A stretch of DNA of 64,000 bases from Myxococcota bacterium (GTDB lineage: Bacteria > Myxococcota_A > Polyangia > Fen-1088). The notes beneath the pieces are model-generated. The model was not told the origin of the DNA. It did not search any database and was given only the letters and a program-made list of their open reading frames with translations. The stretch's first letter is position 1. Every line of letters begins with the position of its first letter. Where the stretch lies: assembly GCA_025934105.1 (NCBI GenBank), contig JAICYS010000002.1:2239-66238 (forward strand), written 5' to 3'. Made by a program: the position numbers and the translations under genes. Positions 55,025 through 64,000 of this stretch are shown piece after piece.

Positions 55025-56511
55025 CGACCACCTACGCCCTGCACCTACTGGCTGCGGACGACAAACCGCTCAGCAGCGCCGGCAACGGTCAGCTGATCGC
55101 GGCGGCGCTGCTCGGCATCGCGACCGTCGTGGTGCTCATCGTGTGGGCGAAGTTCCATCCCTTCATCGGGCTGATCCTCGGCACGGCCGTTCTCGGCGCG
55201 GTGGCCGCGGTCGCGCCCGGCGACATCGTGACGAGCTTCGTCGACGGTCTCGGCTCGACCTTTGGCGCGGTCGGCCTGTTGATCGCGTTGGGCGCCATGC
55301 TCGGCAAGCTGCTCGCCGACTCGGGCGGCGCCAACCAGATCGTCGACAGCATCATCGCCCGGGTGGGGCCGAAGACCCTGCCGTGGGCCATGGCGCTGAT
55401 CGCGGCGATCATCGGGCTGCCGATGTTCTTTGAGATCGGTGTCGTCATCCTGGTGCCGATCATCCTCCTGGTCGCCCGCGAGACCGGAGTCTCGTTGATG
55501 AAGGTGGGGATACCGGCCCTGGCCGGCCTGTCCATCCTGCACGGCCTGGTCCCGCCGCACCCCGGCCCGGAGACGGCGATCAGCCTGCTGCACGCGCCGC
55601 TCAGCTACACCCTGATCTTCGGGCTGATCATCGCGGTGCCGACGCTGATCCTCGCCGGGCCGCTGCTCGCGCCGCTGATGGACCGGCTCGTGCCCGTGCA
55701 CGTCGGCGCCGACGGCAACGCGCGCTCCGGCGTCGCGGCCGACCAGCAGCCGGACGCCGACTCGAGCGCCACCGCCGACATCTCCGGCGACGAGCCGGGC
55801 GGGACCGAGGCAGGGGACGGGCAGGTAGCCGCGGGCGCGACCCGCCGGCCCAGCTTCTGGGGCGCGATCATCAGCGTGGCGCTGCCCGTCCTGCTGATGC
55901 TGGTCAAGGCGGTCGGGGACCTCACCCTTGACGAGGGCACAGGCGGCCGGGACTTCGTGGACTTCATCGGTGAGCCGTCGGTCGCGCTGCTCGCCGGCGT
56001 GCTGGTGGCGATGCTGGCCGTGGGCCGGGCGTCCGGGATGCCCCGGGCCAAGATCCACCAGTCGCTCGGATCCGGGCTGCCGGGTGTCGCCTCGATCATG
56101 CTGATCGTGGCCGCGGGCGGCGGGTTCAAGACGGTGCTGTCCGACTCGGGCGTGTCCGAGGTCATCGCGGGCTACGCCAAGGACTCCCACATGTCGGTGC
56201 TGCTGCTCGGGTGGCTGGTAGCCGTAGCGATCCGGCTGGCAACCGGCTCGGCGACCGTGGCGACGGTCACAGCCGCGGGCATCGTGGAGCCACTGGGGCA
56301 GACGCTCGACCAGCCGCACCTTGCGCTGCTCGTGCTCGCCGTCGGGGCGGGTTCGCTCTTCTTCAGCCACGTCAACGATGCCGGGTTCTGGCTGGTGAAG
56401 GAGTACTTCGGACTCACCGTGTGGCAGACCATCAAGTCCTGGTCGGTCATGGAGACGGTGATCTCGGTGGTCGCGCTGATCTGCGTCCTGATCATCGGCA
56501 CGATCATCTAG
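55021..56511 (+). CDS. gntP: Gluconate:H+ symporter (GntP family)
   Basis: ORF 55021..56511 (496 aa, ATGA overlap with the gntK stop). It is polytopic (GLPMFFEIGVVILVPIILLVA, ...FFSHVNDAGFWLVKEYFG). Confidence 0.85.
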   Translation: MTTTYALHLLAADDKPLSSAGNGQLIAAALLGIATVVVLIVWAKFHPFIGLILGTAVLGAVAAVAPGDIVTSFVDGLGSTFGAVGLLIALGAMLGKLLADSGGANQIVDSIIARVGPKTLPWAMALIAAIIGLPMFFEIGVVILVPIILLVARETGVSLMKVGIPALAGLSILHGLVPPHPGPETAISLLHAPLSYTLIFGLIIAVPTLILAGPLLAPLMDRLVPVHVGADGNARSGVAADQQPDADSSATADISGDEPGGTEAGDGQVAAGATRRPSFWGAIISVALPVLLMLVKAVGDLTLDEGTGGRDFVDFIGEPSVALLAGVLVAMLAVGRASGMPRAKIHQSLGSGLPGVASIMLIVAAGGGFKTVLSDSGVSEVIAGYAKDSHMSVLLLGWLVAVAIRLATGSATVATVTAAGIVEPLGQTLDQPHLALLVLAVGAGSLFFSHVNDAGFWLVKEYFGLTVWQTIKSWSVMETVISVVALICVLIIGTII

Positions 56512-58960
56512 CCCCACCCGACGTCGAGGTGGCCGGGACGGCACTCCGCAGGAGCGCGGTCGTCACGTGTGACCCGAGAGCGCGGTAGGCCTCGAACTCA
56601 TCGGCGTCGTAGAGTTGCTGCACGGTGCTGTCGATCGGGAACGTGGGGTGCGCCTGGCGGTAGGCCTGCACGTCCCACGGCGCGTCGTCCGGGACGGCGA
56701 GCTTGCCGTAGACGAGGTGGTGGGGGTTCCCCGGATCATCCGGATAGCAGAACGTGCCGAGCACCGTTGCGGTTTGGCTCAGTCCGTCCGGCGACGGGGA
56801 GATCGCACGCGGGTCGATGTCGACCTGCACACCGCAGTCGGTGCGCGCCAGGGCCACCGCCTGACCGAGGGTGTCGTAGCGTCCGGCCCCGTCGGCCGAG
56901 GCGTCGAGCACGATGACCAGGTCGGGGCGCCGGCGCAGGGCCTCCACCAGACCGAGGTTCTCGTAGTGTCCGCCGTCGGTGACGTAGAGCCAGCGACCGT
57001 TCAGGTGCATGCGACCGAATGCCTCGGCGAACAGCCGGGTGAGGTCCGGCTGCCGGAGCCGGCGCACGGCCTCGTCGCGCAGCCTCCCGGGCAGCGAATC
57101 GCTGGCGCGGTCGTCGGCAGCGTCCCCGGCGTGAGCGTGCAGCCACCACGGCGGACGGACCCAGAGGCCGAGGCGCACGTTGGCCAGCGTGAACAGCAGC
57201 CGGTGGGACAGTCGGGTCATCTTGCCCATCACGGGGGAGACCGCCGCACCGCTGACCGCGACCGCATCGAAGAGCGTGAACAGGTCGCGGTCGCGGACCG
57301 AGCCGTGGTGCTCTCTGCGCTCGAACATCCGCGTGTCGATCCGGTGGCGGCTGACCGCGTCGGAGGCACAGGACGCCGCGGTGCTCAGACCGACGTCGGC
57401 GGGGGTGAAGGTGAACGACACGGCCCTGCGGCCCGGGGGCAGGCTGCCGGTCTCGGTGCAGTTGGCCGCCGCGCAGACCACCAGCTCGGGGCCCGTGTCC
57501 TTCAGGCTGGACAACGGGGTCGCGGCGGCGGCGCGGACTCCTGCCGGGCCGCCCCGCACGACCGCGTAGGCGGCCGCCAGCCGGTCGCGGTAGAACCCGT
57601 GCAGGGAGGTCTCGTTGACGTCCACGAACAGCTTGATCGCGAGGAGCAGCAGCAGCGCGTAGCCGGTCATGGCCGGTGGCGAGCTCCACAGCGGGTCGGA
57701 GAGCAGCGGGGCGGCGTTGGCGGCGCCGACCCACCGCAGGAAGAGCAGGCCGAACACGGTGACCACCAGGGCGGCCCCGACCCAGGGCAGCAGCTGATGC
57801 CTCAGCCAGTCGGCGGCCCTGCCGACGGTCGCGCCGATCAGGCTGCTACGACGCAGATCTCGCTCGACCACCTGCACCCGGCCGAACACGGTCCGCGCAA
57901 TCAGCGCGAGCGCCGACACGAAGGCCGCCAGGCCGCCGAACCGCTGTCCGTTGCCCCGACCGCTCGCGCCGTTCGCCGACGCCATCGCGGCGTCGCCGGC
58001 CCCCGCACCGCAGGCCGGCTCCGGTGCAGCGCCGTTCTGCCCGGTGACGATCGCTCGGCATCCGGCACCGGAGGAGAAGCCGAGGGTGCGGGCGACCGTG
58101 CCGACCGCGGTGTCCTGGCGACCCACGCCGTAAAGGCCCTGCACGGCATACGGCGTGCCGATGACCAGCAGCGCCGACAGGACCGCCGACAGGGCGAGGA
58201 CGCCGGCGACCCGCCCCCGCGGCGGTGGGGCGTCGGTGCCGCCGGGGGATTCCTTGGCGGTGCCACCACGGGTCAGGCGGGAAACCAGGACCGTTGCGAC
58301 AGCGAGGGCCACCGGAGCCCACACCCAGGCCCCCAGACTGACCACCGGGTGCTCCGCGCCGGTGCCGTGCAGGACCCCTGTCGCGCGCAGCAGCCAGCCG
58401 ACCACGTGGGCCACGGCGTAGAGCAGGGCGCTGACGAGCAGGACGTTGACGAGCACGCCACGCAGCAGGTGGCCGAGACCGCCGAGCGCGACCCGCCAGT
58501 CCTCCATCAGGTAGCGCGTGTGGTCGCGCAGGTGCGACTCCTCGGGAGAGCCCAGGGCGTAGGCCTTGGGCGTGGCCGGTCTCGACCCCTCCCGTTGCCC
58601 AGCCCCGCTCTGCTCTCCGTCCGCGCGCTGTTGCACGGCGTCGTCGACCTGCTCGGCGAGGGCATGTTCGGCAAGGGCGTGTGCCGCTGCGATGTAGGAG
58701 CCCCCGGAGACCGCGGTGATCGTGCGGACCCGTCGGTAGACGTCGTCGTGCTCCTGCAGGGTCTGCAGCGCGCCCAGGTTGAACGCGGCGGACCGGATGC
58801 CGCCACCCGAACAGCACACCGCGATGCGGGCGCCGCTCGGCAGCGCGTCGAACACGGTGCGAGGCGGGGCTGGCGCCTGCGGTCGGGTCGGGACGGGGAT
58901 CCGCACGGCCGGAGTGTGCTTCCGGGCGCGCCGGGGTGCGAGGAGAGAGGGGCTCGCCAT
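56504..58960 (-). CDS. Patatin-like phospholipase-domain protein interrupted by a polytopic membrane region
   Basis: ORF 56504..58960 (818 aa). It has the oxyanion motif CSGGGIRSAAF, the nucleophile region ITAVSGGSY and the distal catalytic-Asp motif YVTDGGHYENLG. About six hydrophobic TM-like segments lie between the two lobes. Confidence 0.75.
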   Translation of the reverse strand: MASPSLLAPRRARKHTPAVRIPVPTRPQAPAPPRTVFDALPSGARIAVCCSGGGIRSAAFNLGALQTLQEHDDVYRRVRTITAVSGGSYIAAAHALAEHALAEQVDDAVQQRADGEQSGAGQREGSRPATPKAYALGSPEESHLRDHTRYLMEDWRVALGGLGHLLRGVLVNVLLVSALLYAVAHVVGWLLRATGVLHGTGAEHPVVSLGAWVWAPVALAVATVLVSRLTRGGTAKESPGGTDAPPPRGRVAGVLALSAVLSALLVIGTPYAVQGLYGVGRQDTAVGTVARTLGFSSGAGCRAIVTGQNGAAPEPACGAGAGDAAMASANGASGRGNGQRFGGLAAFVSALALIARTVFGRVQVVERDLRRSSLIGATVGRAADWLRHQLLPWVGAALVVTVFGLLFLRWVGAANAAPLLSDPLWSSPPAMTGYALLLLLAIKLFVDVNETSLHGFYRDRLAAAYAVVRGGPAGVRAAAATPLSSLKDTGPELVVCAAANCTETGSLPPGRRAVSFTFTPADVGLSTAASCASDAVSRHRIDTRMFERREHHGSVRDRDLFTLFDAVAVSGAAVSPVMGKMTRLSHRLLFTLANVRLGLWVRPPWWLHAHAGDAADDRASDSLPGRLRDEAVRRLRQPDLTRLFAEAFGRMHLNGRWLYVTDGGHYENLGLVEALRRRPDLVIVLDASADGAGRYDTLGQAVALARTDCGVQVDIDPRAISPSPDGLSQTATVLGTFCYPDDPGNPHHLVYGKLAVPDDAPWDVQAYRQAHPTFPIDSTVQQLYDADEFEAYRALGSHVTTALLRSAVPATSTSGGAR

Positions 58961-59056
58961 GGTGGGACCTGCTTCCGGGGACCGGCGGCCGGAGGCCGTC
59001 GCGATCGCTGATGCCGGTGAGGAGGCGGCTCGGCGGTCGCTGATACCTGCGGCCGG

Positions 59057-59947
59057 CTAGGTCGGCAACCGGAAGCGGCCACCGGCCAGAGGCTCCACCA
59101 GCCCGTCGGCGACCAGCCCGTCCAGGCACCGAGCCCGCTGCCGCCCGTCATCGGGCCAGGCGGCGGCGAGCGCCTTCGCGCCCACCGGTCGGTCCGACTC
59201 GCGCAGCACCGCCAGCAGTGCCCCTCGCACCTGACGATCCGTGCCGTGCCACTTCTGCGTGCGTCGCGCGGGGCCGTCGTATGCCGGGTGGCCGGCCAGG
59301 CGCCAGGCGCACAGCTGCGCGACGGGGCAGTCGCCGCAGCGCGGCGCGCGTGCCGAGCAGACCAGGGCGCCGAGCTCCATCACCGCGACGTTCCACCGGG
59401 CCGCCTGCCCGTCGTCGTCCGGCAGGAGGGAGGTGGCCAGGTCGGTCTCGGCGCGGCTGAGGGAGGGCGCGGGGGCGGCCGCACCCTGGACGACCCGGAC
59501 CAGGACCCGGCGGACATTGGTGTCGACGACGGTCGCGCGCTGCCCGTGGGCGAAGCTGGCGACCGCGGCGGCCGTGTAGGTGCCGACGCCCGGCAGGGCC
59601 CGCAGGTCGGCCTCGTCCAGGGGCACCTCGCCCTGGTGCCGTCCCACGATCGCGGCAGCGGCCTGGTGCAGGCGGAGCGCCCGGCGTGGGTAGCCCAGGC
59701 GACCCCACGCGCGCACTGCCTCCCCGGCTGGTGCGGCCGCCAACGCTGCGGGGCTCGGCCAGCGCGCCATCCACTCCCGCCAGACCGGTTCGACCCGGGC
59801 GACCGGGGTCTGCTGCAACATCACCTCGGACACCAGGACCGCCCAGGGTGAGGCGTCGTCGCGGCGCCAGGGCAGGTCTCGCGCGGACACGGCATACCAG
59901 CGCAGGAGGGCGTCGTGCAGTGCTGCGGCAGAGGCGGATCGGGCCAC
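59057..59947 (-). CDS. mutY: A/G-specific adenine DNA glycosylase
   Basis: ORF 59057..59947 (296 aa). PWAVLVSEVMLQQT, LPGVGTYTAAAVASFA and the 4Fe-4S loop CSARAPRCGDCPVAQLC are present. Confidence 0.85.
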   Translation of the reverse strand: MARSASAAALHDALLRWYAVSARDLPWRRDDASPWAVLVSEVMLQQTPVARVEPVWREWMARWPSPAALAAAPAGEAVRAWGRLGYPRRALRLHQAAAAIVGRHQGEVPLDEADLRALPGVGTYTAAAVASFAHGQRATVVDTNVRRVLVRVVQGAAAPAPSLSRAETDLATSLLPDDDGQAARWNVAVMELGALVCSARAPRCGDCPVAQLCAWRLAGHPAYDGPARRTQKWHGTDRQVRGALLAVLRESDRPVGAKALAAAWPDDGRQRARCLDGLVADGLVEPLAGGRFRLPT

Positions 59948-59963
59948 GGAGCGGTGCGGCCGA

Positions 59964-61040
59964 TCAGACGTAGCGCTCGAGGATGCTCGACTCGGCGAGC
60001 CGGGACAGCCCCTCGCGCACGGCGCGGGCCCGGCCCTCGCCGACCCCCTCGACGGCCATCAGGTCCTCGATGTTGGCAGCCAGCAGCTTCTGCAGGTTGT
60101 CGAAGTGCTCGACCAGCCGGTCGACGATCGCCCCGGGCAGGCGGGGGACCTTGGACAGCAGTCGGTAGCCCCGGGGACTCACCGAGGAGTCGAGGGAGTC
60201 GCCGACGATCGCGAAGCCGAGGGCCTTGGCGCCGGCAGCGAGGTCGAGCAGCTCGGTGGACGACAGCTCCTGCATGTTGTGCAGGACCTGGTCGACGGAG
60301 TTCAGCTGGCGCGCGGCGCCCAGGTAGTCGCGGATGACCAGCTCGCGGTCGTTGCCGAGCCCACCGATCAACTCCTCGAGCTGCAGGCTGAGCAGCCGTC
60401 CGTCGCTGCCGAGCTCGAGCACGTAGTCGGCGATCTCATCGCTGATCCGACGAACCATCTCGAGTCGCTGCAGGACGCTGGAGACGTCGCGGACGGTCAC
60501 CAGGTCCTCGATCTCCAGAGCGGACAGGGTGCCGGTCACCTCGTCGAGCCTGGCCTTGTAGCGCTCGAGGGTCTGCAGGGCCTGGTTGGCGCGGGAGAGG
60601 ATCGCGCTGGACCCCTCGAGCACGTGTCGGCGGTTGCCGACATACAGCGCGACGATCTGCATGGACTGGCTCACGGACACGACCGGCAGGCCGGTCTGCT
60701 TGGCGACCCGCTCGGCGGTGCGGTGCCGGGTGCCCGACTCGGTGGTCTCGATGGTCGGGTCTGGCAACAGCTGGGTTGCGGCCCGCAGGATCCGGGTCCC
60801 CTCGCGGTCGAGCACGATGGCACCGTCCATCTTCGCGAGCTCCCGCAGCCTGGTGCTGGAGAACTCGATGTCGAGCGGGAAGCCTCCGGTGGACATCGAC
60901 TCGACCACCTTGTCGTGGCCGAGCACGATGAGGGCGCCGGTCCGGCCGCGCAGGATGCGTTCGAGGCCGTCGCGCAGCGCGGTGCCGGGCGCCACAGCGG
61001 CCAGCGTCGCGCGCAACAGCTGGTCGTCGCTCAGTTCCAC
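59964..61040 (-). CDS. disA: DNA integrity scanning protein DisA (diadenylate cyclase)
   Basis: ORF 59964..61040 (GTG start, gagggg upstream). It has the DAC domain GALIVLG...DGAIVLD...GTRHRTAER and a C-terminal HhH (LQKLLAANIEDLMAVEGVGEGRA). Confidence 0.9.
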   Translation of the reverse strand: MELSDDQLLRATLAAVAPGTALRDGLERILRGRTGALIVLGHDKVVESMSTGGFPLDIEFSSTRLRELAKMDGAIVLDREGTRILRAATQLLPDPTIETTESGTRHRTAERVAKQTGLPVVSVSQSMQIVALYVGNRRHVLEGSSAILSRANQALQTLERYKARLDEVTGTLSALEIEDLVTVRDVSSVLQRLEMVRRISDEIADYVLELGSDGRLLSLQLEELIGGLGNDRELVIRDYLGAARQLNSVDQVLHNMQELSSTELLDLAAGAKALGFAIVGDSLDSSVSPRGYRLLSKVPRLPGAIVDRLVEHFDNLQKLLAANIEDLMAVEGVGEGRARAVREGLSRLAESSILERYV

Positions 61041-61164
61041 GGTGAGACCCCTCGAGTTCGGTGTGCCAGGGGACGAATGCCCTGACCGGAGTCTAACCGC
61101 GCACCCTTTCTGTGTCGGTCACCACGCGGGCACCCCGGCTCCGCTGCGAAGCCAACAGACCGCG

Positions 61165-61200
61165 GGACGGGCCCGGCGGCACGAAGCGCCGGGCCCGTCC
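61165..61200 (-). terminator. Stem-loop terminator after the S53 peptidase gene
   Basis: A perfect 14-bp stem (ggacgggcccggcg / cgccgggcccgtcc) with an 8-nt loop lies 16 nt after the stop at 61216, ahead of the disA promoter region. Confidence 0.6.
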
Positions 61201-61215
61201 GGTGGAGCGGGTTGG

Positions 61216-63174
61216 TCAGTCTCCGGCCACGGCGTCCAGCCACGCCTCGCCGTCGGGCACGCCGATGCCGGTGACGTCGTCGTAGCCGGGGCGGACGTGG
61301 ATCGTCAGCGACTCGTCCCGGTCGAACCAGCGGGCGGAGTAGACGTAGCCGTCGCTGGCGTCGACGCCGTTGACGAAGTCGGAGCGGACGTCACCGGGGT
61401 AGGCGTCGCGTTCCGCCTTGGTGATGTCGATGCTCTGGGCTCCCGCCGTCGCGTACAGCGTGGGGTTGGCGAGGCCGAAGTTGTGCCCGGCCTTCTGGAC
61501 CGCGAGGGCGAACATGCCGGCGTAGAGCGGTGAGGCCAGCGAGGTGCCGCCGATGCGGTACTCCGAGTAGGCGTCGTGACCGTCGGGGAAGCGCTGCGTC
61601 TCACCGACGAGCATGCCCGTGTTCGGGTCGCCCAGCGCTGCGACGTCCGGGACCGCCCGCATCGCCGGACCACCGTAGGTGTTCGCGATCGACGCCGGGA
61701 CGACTCCCGCCTGGTAGGACGGCTGGGCGAACAGGCGGGACGTTCCGCCGCCGCTGCCGTACAGGTAGGCCGGGTCGCTCCACGTCGGCGGGGTGGTGCT
61801 GTTGAGCGTGCTCTTGGTGGTCTCCCAGCCGAGCTCGAAGACCCGGCTGTTGGTCTTCGACACGCCTGCCGAGGTGCCGCCGACGGCGGTCACCCACGGG
61901 CTCGAAGCGGGCCAGTCGGGCGTCGGGGTCGCGCCGGCCACACCGAAGGTCTCGTCTCCGGAGTCACCCGAGGAGAAGAACAGCGAGATGCCCTCGGCCG
62001 CGGCCTGGATCTGGGTGTCGACCTGCGGCTTGATGTAACCGGGCGGCAGCGACTCGCCGGCGTATCCGTAGGAGTTGCTCACGATGTCGGCCAGGTGCTT
62101 GCTGACCACCTTGTTCATGATCGCGTCCATGTCGCGGTAGTTGTTGGGCGCCCCGATGTAGGCGATGTTGGCGCCGGGGGCCATGGTGTGCACCGCCTCC
62201 ACGTCCAGCGTCTCCTCACCGGCCCAGCCCTCTGGATCGTGGGCCGGGTTCTCCGGGTGCTGAGAGGTGCCGGGGGCGGCGTACTGGCGGAACTGCCCCT
62301 TCGTGAAGGTCGGTATGCCGTGCCTGCTGAAGTAGGTGTTGGCGTCCGACTCGATGGTCGGCGAGGCGTAGGCGTCGATGATGCCCACCGTGACACCGCT
62401 GCCGTCGTTGCCTGCCGCGATGGCGTCGGTCATGCCGTAGAGGCCCTGCAGCTGCGCGCCCGAGTACCCGCAGGGGGCGAAGGCGCTGGGGCTGTTTGGC
62501 AGCTCGGTGCCGTCGGGCGTGGCGGTGTTGTCGACCGTCTTCTGGCCCCAGTAGGTGGAGCAGGGTCCGGCGTTGCGGAACACCGGCGGTGGAGGCGTCG
62601 GCTTGTTGGGGCGGACGAGGGTCTGGGACTCGTCGAGCCCCACCACAGCCTGGACCTGGGTCAGCTTCGAGGGGACCTGCAGCGGCGAGGTGTTCGAGCG
62701 CACCGTCCGTCCCTGCGTCGAGTACTCGGCGAACGATGTGGCGAAGGTCTTGCTCGCCTGGGCCAGGGTGCCGGTGGCCTCAACATACTTGCGGTTGCTC
62801 GGCACGCCCGTGACGCGGAAGCCCTGGCTCTGCAGCCAGGAGGAGACGGTGTTGACGTCTGACTGGCTCGGGGAGAAGCGCGCGCGGTACTGCGCGGTCG
62901 TGAGGAACTTGCCGTAGAGGGCGTTGCCCGGCGTGGAGACGGCCCGGGCGTAGGCGGCCGCGGCCGCTCCGCCGCGGTTGTTCAGGTAGACGCGGAAGGT
63001 GACCGACTGGGACGCGGACACCGAGCCGACCCGGTGCGTCGCAGTGGCCCACGAGGGGACGCTGCCGGGCAGCGAGTGGGACGACGAGGGCGCCGAGACG
63101 GCGACGCCGGCGGTGGCGGCAACCAACGCGGCTGCGCCGGCGACGGCACACACAGTGCGGGGAAGACGGGACAC
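61216..63174 (-). CDS. Secreted S53 (sedolisin/kumamolisin-like) serine peptidase with pro-domain
   Basis: Tracked ORF 61216..63345, with the start moved to GTG 63174, which is preceded by GGAGG. The signal peptide is VSRLPRTVCAVAGAAALVAATAGVAVSA. The pro-domain region is FRVYLNNRG...YLTTAQY-like. The catalytic motifs are SSGDSGD and IGGTSLASPLYAGMFAL. Confidence 0.8.
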   Translation of the reverse strand: MSRLPRTVCAVAGAAALVAATAGVAVSAPSSSHSLPGSVPSWATATHRVGSVSASQSVTFRVYLNNRGGAAAAAYARAVSTPGNALYGKFLTTAQYRARFSPSQSDVNTVSSWLQSQGFRVTGVPSNRKYVEATGTLAQASKTFATSFAEYSTQGRTVRSNTSPLQVPSKLTQVQAVVGLDESQTLVRPNKPTPPPPVFRNAGPCSTYWGQKTVDNTATPDGTELPNSPSAFAPCGYSGAQLQGLYGMTDAIAAGNDGSGVTVGIIDAYASPTIESDANTYFSRHGIPTFTKGQFRQYAAPGTSQHPENPAHDPEGWAGEETLDVEAVHTMAPGANIAYIGAPNNYRDMDAIMNKVVSKHLADIVSNSYGYAGESLPPGYIKPQVDTQIQAAAEGISLFFSSGDSGDETFGVAGATPTPDWPASSPWVTAVGGTSAGVSKTNSRVFELGWETTKSTLNSTTPPTWSDPAYLYGSGGGTSRLFAQPSYQAGVVPASIANTYGGPAMRAVPDVAALGDPNTGMLVGETQRFPDGHDAYSEYRIGGTSLASPLYAGMFALAVQKAGHNFGLANPTLYATAGAQSIDITKAERDAYPGDVRSDFVNGVDASDGYVYSARWFDRDESLTIHVRPGYDDVTGIGVPDGEAWLDAVAGD

Positions 63175-63358
63175 GGGACCTCCAGGGTAGGGACAAGAAC
63201 TGCCGGCCCGGCCCCCGGGTTTTCCAGGCTCAGTCAGTTGACACCCGTGCGAGTCCGGACTGCCAGTGACAAATGTCATGGATATGTCACCGGTGCGCGA
63301 AGAGCCGACCGACCTGACCACCAGCCCGCAGGCCGCGCCCGCCAAGGGTGCGTGCGGG

Positions 63359-64000
63359 CTAACCGGTCAGCAGCGAGACCGCCTGCCGGATGTCGGAGAC
63401 CTCCCGCACGTCCATGCCCTCCGGGGTGGGGCCGGTGCCGAGCGACCCCCGGGGCACGACCGCCCGGCGAAAGCCGATGCGCGCCGCCTCGGACAGCCTC
63501 CGGGGTATGCCGGTGACCGCACGGATCTCGCCTGCCAAGCCGACCTCGCCCATCGCGATCGTGCCCTGGGGCAGTGGCGTGTCGGTGATCGATCCGACCA
63601 TCGCCAGGGCGACGGCCAGGTCTGCGGCCGGTTCGGCCAGGCGGACGCCGCCGACCGTCGAGACGTAGCAGTCGGACTGCCGCACGCGCTGATTCGCCCG
63701 ACGGTCGAGGACCGCGAGGATCATGGCGATCCTCGTGCCGTCCAGCCCGCTCGTGGTGCGGCGAGGCGAGGGGGCGTTGGTCTCGACGAGCAGCGCCTGG
63801 ACCTCCGTGACCAGGGGGCGGCGGCCCTCGAGGGTGACCGTGACGCAGGTGCCGGGTACGACGAGGTCGCGGCTGGTGAGGAAGAGCCCGCTCGGATCGG
63901 GCAGCCCCACGATGCCCACGTCGGACAGGTCGAAGCAGCCGACCTCGTCGGTCGGGCCGTAGCGGTTCTTGACCGCGCGCACGAGCCGCAGCCGGGAGTG
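63359..64000 (-). CDS. radA: DNA repair protein RadA (C-terminal part; gene continues beyond the window end)
   Basis: The frame of tracked ORF 63359..63982 stays open to 64000 (HSRLRLVRAVKNRYGPTDEVG). It has the KNRFG-type motif and a Lon-protease-like C-terminal domain (GVRLAEPAADLAVALAMVGS...GEVGLAGEIR). Confidence 0.9.
   Translation of the reverse strand, partial: HSRLRLVRAVKNRYGPTDEVGCFDLSDVGIVGLPDPSGLFLTSRDLVVPGTCVTVTLEGRRPLVTEVQALLVETNAPSPRRTTSGLDGTRIAMILAVLDRRANQRVRQSDCYVSTVGGVRLAEPAADLAVALAMVGSITDTPLPQGTIAMGEVGLAGEIRAVTGIPRRLSEAARIGFRRAVVPRGSLGTGPTPEGMDVREVSDIRQAVSLLTG

Noticed and set aside
56504-58960. Patatin-like protein, and separately the class III cyclase at 23444..26644, as effector or synthase of a CBASS/Pycsar-type defence system.
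   Set aside because: There is no CD-NTase or cyclase next to the patatin gene; its neighbours are gntP and mutY. The cyclase is the common zinc-ribbon/STAND/TPR regulatory architecture with no adjacent TM or TIR effector. The two genes also lie on opposite sides of the probable chimeric seam.
56615-59011. 798 aa ORF antisense to the patatin-like gene.
   Set aside because: It has shadow-frame composition, and the opposite strand carries the GGGxR, SGGS and DGG lipase motifs.

Overview
Very GC-rich, densely coding 64 kb window. I support about 60 CDS and saw no rRNA, tRNA or CRISPR array. Many long ORFs in the supplied track are Arg/Pro/Gly/Ala-rich shadow frames of real genes on the other strand or frame. 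Several real starts had to be moved, and GTG/TTG starts are common. Two partial genes at the window edges are missing from the track.

The window reads as two genomic contexts joined inside one ORF.
- Positions 1 to ~42.4 kb look deltaproteobacterial/myxobacterial: an ECF sigma/FecR pair, lnt, a protein with an AgmX/PglI-type C-terminal domain, an RpoH-like sigma, a Rieske/cytochrome b-c complex, cspA, thiE-thiSG, nrdR-ribD-ribE-ribBA-ribH-nusB, xerD, queG and clpS-clpA.
- Positions ~42.5-64 kb are a typical actinobacterial clpC1...mutY-disA-radA neighbourhood: an LCP protein, a SigJ-like ECF sigma, a DinB/DUF664 protein, a NarL-type two-component system, an ABC-2 transporter, gntK-gntP and a patatin-like protein.
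- The switch falls inside a hybrid ORF (40961..43342) that is ClpA-like at the N-terminus and ClpC1-like at the C-terminus. The most likely explanation is a chimeric assembly through the conserved AAA+ D2 Walker A region. Nothing should be interpreted across ~42.4 kb.

The most interesting content is an uncharacterised 12-ORF cluster at 13.3-23.4 kb, organised as three tightly translationally coupled units.
- Recognisable enzymes: a trans-polyprenyl diphosphate synthase, a 720 aa FAD amine-oxidase/desaturase-like oxidoreductase and a saccharopine-dehydrogenase-like reductase.
- A possible acetoacetate-decarboxylase-like protein interrupted by a ~78 aa glycine-zipper-like segment.
- Two paralogous SRPBCC/START-like proteins.
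- Five proteins built from two recurring modules: a Trp-containing helical module and a beta-sandwich-like module ending in a G-x-Y-x-G/strand motif.
- Flanks: a degenerate duplicated gene tail on the left and a zinc-ribbon/class III cyclase/STAND-ATPase/TPR regulator on the right.

Function calls come from motif recognition by eye only. No database search was possible.
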